From Paragordius varius (lineage: Eukaryota > Animalia > Nematomorpha): 64,000 bases of DNA. Under the pieces are notes generated by a model. That model had not been told where the DNA came from. It saw only the letters and a list, made by a program, of their open reading frames with translations, and did no database searches. This document shows, piece by piece, positions 53,401 through 64,000 of the stretch. The DNA lies in NCBI GenBank assembly GCA_964247055.1, contig OZ176053.1, positions 13,082,001 to 13,146,000 of the forward strand. The letters run 5' to 3'. The number at the start of each line of letters is the position of its first letter. Positions within the stretch are counted from its first letter, which is position 1. Both the position numbers and the translations under genes were made by a program.

Positions 53401-56400
53401 TATCGTTGTAAAAATCGGATATGAAAGAGTTTGTCAAAATATCTCTATATTTTGATGTAGTCTTACTAAGAGAATGTATAAAAAATAATTTTGTTCACCG
53501 GTGACCAATATCCGATTTTTAAGGACAAAGTTTAACTTGAGTATTGATGCGACTGCTTATACCATAATTTTTAAAGTATCGTTGTAAAAATCGGATATGA
53601 AAGAGTTTGTCAAACTATCTCTATAATTTGATGTAGTCTTACTAAGAGAATGTATAAAAGATTATTTTGTTCACCGGTGACCAATATCCGATTTTTAAGG
53701 ACAAAGTTTAACTTGAGTATTGATGCGACTTATTGATACGACTAGTTTTATACATTAATTTATAAAGTATCGTTGTAAAAATCGGATATGAAAGAGTTTG
53801 TCAAACTATCTCTATTATTTGATGTAGTCTTGCTAAGAGAATGTATAAAAAATTATTTTGTTCACCGGTGACCAATATCCGATTTTTAAGGACAAAGTTT
53901 AACTTGAGTATTGATGCGACTAGTTTAATACATTAATTTTTAAAGTATCGTTGTAAAAATCGGATATGAAAGAGTTTGTCAAACTATCTCTATATTTTGA
54001 TGTAGTCTTACTAAGAGAATGTATAAAAAATTATTTTGTTCACCGGGGACCAATATCCGATTTTTAAGGATAAGTTTAACTTGAGTATCGATGCGACTTA
54101 TTGATACGACTAGTTTTATACATTAATTTATAAAGTAAAAAATCGGATATGAAAGAGTTTGTCAAACTATCTCTATTATTTGATGTAGTCTTACTAAGAG
54201 AATGTATAAAAAATAATTTTGTTCACCGGTGACCAATATCCGATTTTTAAGGACAAAGTTTAACTTGAGTATTGATGCGACTAGTTTAATACATTAATTT
54301 TTAAAGTATCGTTGTAAAAATCGGATATGAAACAGTTTGTCAAACTATCTCTATATTTTGATGTAGTCTTACTAAGAGAATGCATAAAAAATTATTTGGT
54401 TCACCGGGGACCAATATCCGATTTTTAAGGACAAAGTTTAACTTGAGTAATCTAGCGACTAGTTTAACACATTAATTTTTAAAGTATCGTTGTAAAAATC
54501 GGATATGAAAGAGTTTGTCAAAATATCTCTATATTTTGATGTAGTCTTACTAAGAGAATGTATAAAAAATAATTTTGTTCACCGGTGACCAATATCCGAT
54601 TTTTAAGGACAAAGTTTAACTTGAGTATTGATGCGACTGGTTATACCATAATTTTTAAAGTATCGTTGTAAAAATCGGATATGAAAGAGTTTGTCAAACT
54701 ATCTCTATAATTTGATGTAGTCTTACTAAGAGAATGTATAAAAGATTATTTTGTTCACCGGTGACCAATATCCGATTTTTAAGGACAAAGTTTAACTTGA
54801 GTATTGATGCGACTTATTGATACGACTAGTTTTATACATTAATTTATAAAGTATCGTTGTAAAAATCGGATATGAAAGAGTTTGTCAAACTATCTCTATT
54901 ATTTGATGTAGTCTTGCTAAGAGAATGTATAAAAAATTATTTTGTTCACCGGTGACCAATATCCGATTTTTAAGGACAAAGTTTAACTTGAGTATTGATG
55001 CGACTAGTTTAATACATTAATTTTTAAAGTATCGTTGTAAAAATCGGATATGAAAGAGTTTGTCAAACTATCTCTATATTTTGATGTAGTCTTACTAAGA
55101 GAATGTATAAAAAATTATTTTGTTCACCGGGGACCAATATCCGATTTTTAAGGATAAGTTTAACTTGAGTATCGATGCGACTTATTGATACGACTAGTTT
55201 TATACATTAATTTATAAAGTATCGTTGTAAAAATCGGATATGAAAGAGTTTGTCAAACTATCTCTATTATTTGATGTAGTCTTACTAAGAGAATGTATAA
55301 AAAATAATTTTGTTCACCGGTGACCAATATCCGATTTTTAAGGACAAAGTTTAACTTGAGTATTGATGCGACTAGTTTAATACATTAATTTTTAAAGTAT
55401 CGTTGTAAAAATCGGATATGAAACAGTTTGTCAAACTATCTCTATATTTTGATGTAGTCTTACTAAGAGAATGTATAAAAAATAATTTTGTTCACCGGTG
55501 ACCAATATCCGATTTTTAAGGACAAAGTTTAACTTGAGTATTGATGCGACTAGTTTAATACATTAATTTTTAAAGTATCGTTGTAAAAATCGGATATGAA
55601 AGAGTTTGTCAAACTATCTCTATATTTTGATGTAGTCTTACTAAGAGAATGTATAAAAAATTATTTTGTTCACCGGGGACCAATATCCGATTTTTAAGGA
55701 TAAGTTTAACTTGAGTATCGATGCGACTTATTGATACGACTAGTTTTATACATTAATTTATAAAGTAAAAAATCGGATATGAAAGAGTTTGTCAAACTAT
55801 CTCTATTATTTGATGTAGTCTTACTAAGAGAATGTATAAAAAATAATTTTGTTCACCGGTGACCAATATCCGATTTTTAAGGACAAAGTTTAACTTGAGT
55901 ATTGATGCGACTAGTTTAATACATTAATTTTTAAAGTATCGTTGTAAAAATCGGATATGAAACAGTTTGTCAAACTATCTCTATATTTTGATGTAGTCTT
56001 ACTAAGAGAATGCATAAAAAATTATTTGGTTCACCGGGGACCAATATCCGATTTTTAAGGACAAAGTTTAACTTGAGTAATCTAGCGACTAGTTTAACAC
56101 ATTAATTTTTAAAGTATCGTTGTAAAAATCGGATATGAAAGAGTTTGTCAAAATATCTCTATATTTTGATGTAGTCTTACTAAGAGAATGTATAAAAAAT
56201 AATTTTGTTCACCGGTGACCAATATCCGATTTTTAAGGACAAAGTTTAACTTGAGTATTGATGCGACTGGTTATACCATAATTTTTAAAGTATCGTTGTA
56301 AAAATCGGATATGAAAGAGTTTGTCAAACTATCTCTATAATTTGATGTAGTCTTACTAAGAGAATGTATAAAAGATTATTTTGTTCACCGGTGACCAATA

Positions 56401-58394
56401 TCCGATTTTTAAGGACAAAGTTTAACTTGAGTATTGATGCGACTTATTGATACGACTAGTTTTATACATTAATTTATAAAGTATCGTTGTAAAAATCGGA
56501 TATGAAAGAGTTTGTCAAACTATCTCTATTATTTGATGTAGTCTTGCTAAGAGAATGTATAAAAAATTATTTTGTTCACCGGTGACCAATATCCGATTTT
56601 TAAGGACAAAGTTTAACTTGAGTATTGATGCGACTAGTTTAATACATTAATTTTTAAAGTATCGTTGTAAAAATCGGATATGAAAGAGTTTGTCAAACTA
56701 TCTCTATATTTTGATGTAGTCTTACTAAGAGAATGTATAAAAAATTATTTTGTTCACCGGGGACCAATATCCGATTTTTAAGGATAAGTTTAACTTGAGT
56801 ATCGATGCGACTTATTGATACGACTAGTTTTATACATTAATTTATAAAGTAAAAAATCGGATATGAAAGAGTTTGTCAAACTATCTCTATTATTTGATGT
56901 AGTCTTACTAAGAGAATGTATAAAAAATAATTTTGTTCACCGGTGACCAATATCCGATTTTTAAGGACAAAGTTTAACTTGAGTATTGATGCGACTAGTT
57001 TAATACATTAATTTTTAAAGTATCGTTGTAAAAATCGGATATGAAACAGTTTGTCAAACTATCTCTATATTTGGATGTAGTCTTACTAAGAGAATGCATA
57101 AAAAATTATTTGGTTCACCGGGGACCAATATCCGATTTTTAAGGACAAAGTTTAACTTGAGTAATCTAGCGACTAGTTTAACACATTAATTTTTAAAGTA
57201 TCGTTGTAAAAATCGGATATGAAAGAGTTTGTCAAAATATCTCTATATTTTGATGTAGTCTTACTAAGAGAATGTATAAAAAATAATTTTGTTCACCGGT
57301 GACCAATATCCGATTTTTAAGGACAAAGTTTAACTTGAGTATTGATGCGACTGGTTATACCATAATTTTTAAAGTATCGTTGTAAAAATCGGATATGAAA
57401 GAGTTTGTCAAACTATCTCTATAATTTGATGTAGTCTTACTAAGAGAATGTATAAAAGATTATTTTGTTCACCGGTGACCAATATCCGATTTTTAAGGAC
57501 AAAGTTTAACTTGAGTATTGATGCGACTTATTGATACGACTAGTTTTATACATTAATTTATAAAGTATCGTTGTAAAAATCGGATATGAAAGAGTTTGTC
57601 AAACTATCTCTATTATTTGATGTAGTCTTGCTAAGAGAATGTATAAAAAATTATTTTGTTCACCGGTGACCAATATCCGATTTTTAAGGACAAAGTTTAA
57701 CTTGAGTATTGATGCGACTAGTTTAATACATTAATTTTTAAAGTATCGTTGTAAAAATCGGATATGAAAGAGTTTGTCAAACTATCTCTATATTTTGATG
57801 TAGTCTTACTAAGAGAATGTATAAAAAATTATTTTGTTCACCGGGGACCAATATCCGATTTTTAAGGATAAGTTTAACTTGAGTATCGATGCGACTTATT
57901 GATACGACTAGTTTTATACATTAATTTATAAAGTATCGTTGTAAAAATCGGATATGAAACAGTTTGTCAAACTATCTCTATATTTTGATGTAGTCTTACT
58001 AAGAGAATGTATAAAAAATAATTTTGTTCACCGGTGACCAATATCCGATTTTTAAGGACAAAGTTTAACTTGAGTATTGATGCGACTAGTTTAATACATT
58101 AATTTTTAAAGTATCGTTGTAAAAATCGGATATGAAAGAGTTTGTCAAACTATCTCTATATTTTGATGTAGTCTTACTAAGAGAAGGTATAAAAAATTAT
58201 TTTGTTCACCGGGGACCAATATCCGATTTTTAAGGATAAGTTTAACTTGAGTATCGATGCGACTTATTGATACGACTAGTTTTATACATTAATTTATAAA
58301 GTAAAAAATCGGATATGAAAGAGTTTGTCAAACTATCTCTATTATTTGATGTAGTCTTACTAAGAGAATGTATAAAAAATAATTTTGTTCACCG
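46792..58394 (-). repeat. Near-perfect 5803-bp (32-mer) tandem duplication: ~46792-52594 / ~52595-58394
   Basis: Offset 5803 for 47236/53039, 47401/53204, 47753/53556, 48332/54135, 51270/57073, 52498/58301. Confidence 0.92.
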
Positions 58395-61300
58395 GGGACC
58401 AATATCCGATTTTTAAGGATAAGTTTAACTTGAGTATCGATGCGACTTATTGATACGACTAGTTTTATACATTAATTTATAAAGTATCGTTGTAAAAATC
58501 GGATATGAAAGAGTTTGTCAAACTATCTCTATTATTTGATGTAGTCTTACTAAGAGAATGTATAAAAAATAATTTTGTTCACCGGTGACCAATATCCGAT
58601 TTTTAAGGACAAAGTTTAACTTGAGTATTGATGCGACTAGTTTAATACATTAATTTTTAAAGTATCGTTGTAAAAATCGGATATGAAACAGTTTGTCAAA
58701 CTATCTCTATATTTTGATGTAGTCTTACTAAGAGAATGTATAAAAAATAATTTTGTTCACCGGTGACCAATATCCGATTTTTAAGGACAAAGTTTAACTT
58801 GAGTATTGATGCGACTAGTTTAATACATTAATTTTTAAAGTATCGTTGTAAAAATCGGATATGAAAGAGTTTGTCAAACTATCTCTATATTTTGATGTAG
58901 TCTTACTAAGAGAATGTATAAAAAATTATTTTGTTCACCGGGGACCAATATCCGATTTTTAAGGATAAGTTTAACTTGAGTATCGATGCGACTTATTGAT
59001 ACGACTAGTTTTATACATTAATTTATAAAGTAAAAAATCGGATATGAAAGAGTTTGTCAAACTATCTCTATTATTTGATGTAGTCTTACTAAGAGAATGT
59101 ATAAAAAATAATTTTGTTCACCGGTGACCAATATCCGATTTTTAAGGACAAAGTTTAACTTGAGTATTGATGCGACTAGTTTAATACATTAATTTTTAAA
59201 GTATCGTTGTAAAAATCGGATATGAAACAGTTTGTCAAACTATCTCTATATTTTGATGTAGTCTTACTAAGAGAATGCATAAAAAATTATTTGGTTCACC
59301 GGGGACCAATATCCGATTTTTAAGGACAAAGTTTAACTTGAGTAATCTAGCGACTAGTTTAACACATTAATTTTTAAAGTATCGTTGTAAAAATCGGATA
59401 TGAAAGAGTTTGTCAAAATATCTCTATATTTTGATGTAGTCTTACTAAGAGAATGTATAAAAAATAATTTTGTTCACCGGTGACCAATATCCGATTTTTA
59501 AGGACAAAGTTTAACTTGAGTATTGATGCGACTGGTTATACCATAATTTTTAAAGTATCGTTGTAAAAATCGGATATGAAAGAGTTTGTCAAACTATCTC
59601 TATAATTTGATGTAGTCTTACTAAGAGAATGTATAAAAGATTATTTTGTTCACCGGTGACCAATATCCGATTTTTAAGGACAAAGTTTAACTTGAGTATT
59701 GATGCGACTTATTGATACGACTAGTTTTATACATTAATTTATAAAGTATCGTTGTAAAAATCGGATATGAAAGAGTTTGTCAAACTATCTCTATTATTTG
59801 ATGTAGTCTTGCTAAGAGAATGTATAAAAAATTATTTTGTTCACCGGTGACCAATATCCGATTTTTAAGGACAAAGTTTAACTTGAGTATTGATGCGACT
59901 AGTTTAATACATCAATTTTTAAAGTATCGTTGTAAAAATCGGATATGAAAGAGTTTGTCAAACTATCTCTATATTTTGATGTAGTCTTACTAAGAGAATG
60001 TATAAAAAATTATTTTGTTCACCGGGGACCAATATCCGATTTTTAAGGATAAGTTTAACTTGAGTATCGATGCGACTTATTGATACGACTAGTTTTATAC
60101 ATTAATTTATAAAGTATCGTTGTAAAAATCGGATATGAAAGAGTTTGTCAAACTATCTCTATTATTTGATGTAGTCTTACTAAGAGAATGTATAAAAAAT
60201 AATTTTGTTCACCGGTGACCAATATCCGATTTTTAAGGACAAAGTTTAACTTGAGTATTGATGCGACTAGTTTAATACATTAATTTTTAAAGTATCGTTG
60301 TAAAAATCGGATATGAAACAGTTTGTCAAACTATCTCTATATTTTGATGTAGTCTTGCTAAGAGAATGTATAAAAAATAATTTTGTTCACCGGTGACCAA
60401 TATCCGATTTTTAAGGACAAAGTTTAACTTGAGTATTGATGCGACTGCTTATACCATAATTTTTAAAGTATCGTTGTAAAAATCGGATATGAAAGAGTTT
60501 GTCAAACTATCTCTATAATTTGATGTAGTCTTACTAAGAGAATGTATAAAAGATTATTTTGTTCACCGGTGACCAATATCCGATTTTTAAGGACAAAGTT
60601 TAACTTGAGTATTGATGCGACTTATTGATACGACTAGTTTTATACATTAATTTATAAAGTATCGTTGTAAAAATCGGATATGAAAGAGTTTGTCAAACTA
60701 TCTCTATTATTTGATGTAGTCTTGCTAAGAGAATGTATAAAAAATTATTTTGTTCACCGGTGACCAATATCCGATTTTTAAGGACAAAGTTTAACTTGAG
60801 TATTGATGCGACTAGTTTAATACATTAATTTTTAAAGTATCGTTGTAAAAATCGGATATGAAAGAGTTTGTCAAACTATCTCTATATTTTGATGTAGTCT
60901 TACTAAGAGAATGTATAAAAAATTATTTTGTTCACCGGGGACCAATATCCGATTTTTAAGGATAAGTTTAACTTGAGTATCGATGCGACTTATTGATACG
61001 ACTAGTTTTATACATTAATTTATAAAGTAAAAAATCGGATATGAAAGAGTTTGTCAAACTATCTCTATTATTTGATGTAGTCTTACTAAGAGAATGTATA
61101 AAAAATAATTTTGTTCACCGGTGACCAATATCCGATTTTTAAGGACAAAGTTTAACTTGAGTATTGATGCGACTAGTTTAATACATTAATTTTTAAAGTA
61201 TCGTTGTAAAAATCGGATATGAAACAGTTTGTCAAACTATCTCTATATTTTGATGTAGTCTTACTAAGAGAATGCATAAAAATTGGTTCACCGGGGGCCA

Positions 61301-62350
61301 ATATCCGATTTTTAAGGACAAAGTTTAACTTGAGTAATCTAGCGACTAGTTTAACACATTAATTTTTAAAGTATCGTTGTAAAAATCGGATATGAAAGAG
61401 TTTGTCAAAATATCTCTATATTTTGATGTAGTCTTACTAAGAGAATGTATAAAAAATAATTTTGTTCACCGGTGACCAATATCCGATTTTTAAGGACAAA
61501 GTTTAACTTGAGTATTGATGCGACTGGTTATACCATAATTTTTAAAGTATCGTTGTAAAAATCGGATATGAAAGAGTTTGTCAAACTATCTCTATATTTT
61601 GATGTAGTCTTACTAAGAGAATGTATAAAAGATTATTTTGTTCACCGGTGACCAATATCCGATTTTTAAGGACAAAGTTTAACTTGAGTATTGATGCGAC
61701 TTATTGATACGACTAGTTTTATACATTAATTTATAAAGTATCGTTGTAAAAATCGGATATGAAAGAGTTTGTCAAACTATCTCTATTATTTGATGTAGTC
61801 TTGCTAAGAGAATGTATAAAAAATTATTTTGTTCACCGGTGACCAATATCCGATTTTTAAGGACAAAGTTTAACTTGAGTATTGATGCGACTAGTTTAAT
61901 ACATTAATTTTTAAAGTATCGTTGTAAAAATCGGATATGAAAGAGTTTGTCAAACTATCTCTATATTTTGATGTAGTCTTACTAAGAGAATGTATAAAAA
62001 ATTATTTTGTTCACCGGGGACCAATATCCGATTTTTAAGGATAAGTTTAACTTGAGTATCGATGCGACTTATTGATACGACTAGTTTTATACATTAATTT
62101 ATAAAGTATCGTTGTAAAAATCGGATATGAAAGAGTTTGTCAAACTATCTCTATTATTTGATGTAGTCTTACTAAGAGAATGTATAAAAAATAATTTTGT
62201 TCACCGGTGACCAATATCCGATTTTTAAGGACAAAGTTTAACTTGAGTATTGATGCGACTAGTTTAATACATTAATTTTTAAAGTATCGTTGTAAAAATC
62301 GGATATGAAACAGTTTGTCAAACTATCTCTATATTTTGATGTAGTCTTAC
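47500..62350 (-). repeat. Higher-order repeat domain built on a ~1084-1091-bp hexamer
   Basis: Recurring ordered markers GAAACAGTTT, GAGTAATCTAGCG, GGATAAGTTT and GAGTATCGATGCG (ClaI). 7-bp-deletion marker spaced 1630, 1084, 1452, 1637, 1630, 1084, 1452 bp. Confidence 0.88.
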
Positions 62351-64000
62351 TAAGAGAATGTATAAAAAATTATTTGGTTCACCGGGGACCAATATCCGAT
62401 TTTTAAGGACAAAGTTTAACTTGAGTAATCTAGCGACTAGTTTAATACATTAATTTTTAAAGTATCGTTGTAAAAATCGGATATGGAAAGAGTTTGTCAA
62501 ACTATCTCTATATTTTGATGTAGTCTTACTAAGAGAATGTATAAAAAATTATTTTGTTCACCGGTGACCAATATCCGATTTTTAAGGACAAAGTTTAACT
62601 TGAATATTGATGCGACTAGTTTAATACATTAATTTTTAAAGTATCGTTGTACAATCCGGATAGGAAAGAGTTTGCCAAACTATCTCTATATTTTGATGTA
62701 GTCCTACTAAGAGAATGTATAAAAAATAATTTTGTTCACCGGTGACCAATATCCGATTTTTAAGGACAAAGTTTAACTTGAGTATTGATACGATTTATTG
62801 ATACGACTAGTTTTATACATTAATTTTTAAAGTATAGTTGTAAAAATTGGATATGAAAGAGTTTGTCAAACTATCTCTATATTTTGATGTAGTCTTACTA
62901 AGAGAATGTATAAAAAATAATTTTGTTCACCGGTGACCAATATCCGATTTTTAAGGACAAAGTTTAACTTGAGTATTGATGCGACTAGTTTAACACATTA
63001 ATTTTTAAAGTATCGTTGTAAAAATCGGATATGGAAAGAGTTTGTCAAACTATCTCTATATTTTGATGTAGTCTTACTAAGAGAATGTATAAAAAATTAT
63101 TTTGTTCACCGGTGACCAATATCCGATTTTTAAGGACAAAGTTTAACTTGAGTATTAATGCGACTAGTTTAACACATTAATTTTAAAGTATCGTTGTAAA
63201 AATCGGATATGAAAGAGTTTGTCAAAATATCTCTATATTTTGATGTAGTCTTAGTAAAAGAATGTATAAAAAATAATTTTGTTCACCGGTGACCAATATC
63301 CGATTTTTAAGGACAAAGTTTAACTTGAGTATTCATGCGACTAGTTTAATACATTAATTTTTAAAGTATCGTTGTAAAAATCGGATATGAAAGAGTTTGT
63401 CAAACAATCTCTATATTTTGATGTAGTCTTACTAAGAGAATGTATAAAAAATTATTTTGTTCACCGGGGACCAATATCCGATTTTTAAGGATAAGTTTAT
63501 CTTGAGTATTGATGCGACTTATTGATACGACTAGTTTTATACATTAATTTATAAAGTATCGTTGTAAAAATCGGATATAAAAGAGTTTGTCAAACTATCT
63601 CTATTATTTGATGTAGTCTTACTAAGAGAATGTATAAAAAATAATTTTGTTCACCGGTGACCAATATCCGATTTTTAAGGACAAAGTTTAACTTGAGTAT
63701 TGATGCGACTGGTTTAATACCATAATTTTTAAAGTATCGTTGTACAATCCGGATATGAAAGAGTTTGTCAAACTATCTTTATATTTTGATGTAGTCTTAC
63801 TAAGAGAATGTATAAAATATTATTTTGTTCACCGGTGACCAATATCCGATTTTTAAGGACAAAGTTTAACTTGAGTATTGATGCGACTTATTGATACGAT
63901 TAGTTTTATACATTAATTTATAAAGTATTGTTGTAATAATCGGATATGAAAGAGTTTGTCAAACTATCGCTATTATTTGATGTAGTCTTGCTAAGAGAAT

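Larger units (their letters stand above)
1..64000. repeat. Satellite DNA array, ~178-bp monomer, ~350 copies, continuing off both window ends
   Basis: The same unit recurs without interruption on every line. Period measured directly: TTGACAAACT at 1021 and 1199 = 178 bp. Hand count of the consensus gives 49/178 G+C. No unique intervening sequence seen. Confidence 0.99.
18430..64000 (-). repeat. Right arm of the array, reverse-complement orientation (~250 monomers)
   Basis: From 18430 units read ...TTTTGTTCACCGGTGACCAATATCCGATTTTTAAGGACAAAGTTTAACTT..., the reverse complement of the left-arm unit. No second orientation switch seen to 64000. Confidence 0.98.

Noticed and set aside
1-64000. Protein-coding ORFs
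   Set aside because: Each monomer has stop codons in all six frames (longest stop-free run on the + strand of the consensus is ~43 codons), and the variable unit lengths shift frame.
1-64000. CRISPR array or other prokaryotic repeat system
   Set aside because: There are no unique spacers: the entire unit repeats, at ~178 bp, with no cas or other genes. The palindromic TTGGTCACCGGTGAACAA is part of the monomer.
1-64000. Promoters, terminators, transposon insertions, rRNA/tRNA, telomeric repeats
   Set aside because: TATA-like and hairpin-plus-T-run strings recur only as parts of the AT-rich monomer. I saw no non-satellite insert, target-site duplication or RNA-gene signature.

Overview
The whole window is one AT-rich (~27.5% GC) tandem satellite array of about 350 monomers. 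The base monomer is 178 bp (clean copy 1057-1234), with common 176-bp, 191-bp and 174-bp length variants. I found no supportable CDS, RNA gene, transposon or CRISPR. I do not recognise the family; scale and organisation suggest eukaryotic centromeric or pericentromeric-type satellite (inference). The array switches strand once, at 18430 (+ orientation 1-18429, - orientation 18430-64000). Three things stand out. (i) The monomer is a quasi-palindrome: a perfect 14-bp inverted repeat whose two dyad axes each fall on a short palindrome. (ii) The array inversion is centred on one of these internal axes and keeps the 14-bp motif lattice in register to within 2 bp. (iii) Diagnostic variants reveal nested higher-order repeats and block duplications (periods 367, 534, 560, 723, 1084-1091, 1089, 1471, 1828, 2551, 3287, 3966, 5803, 9465, 34993 bp), a ~6.6-kb inverted homology across the junction, and a layered older-flank/young-core arrangement. 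All offsets were counted by hand from marker variants and should be confirmed by alignment.
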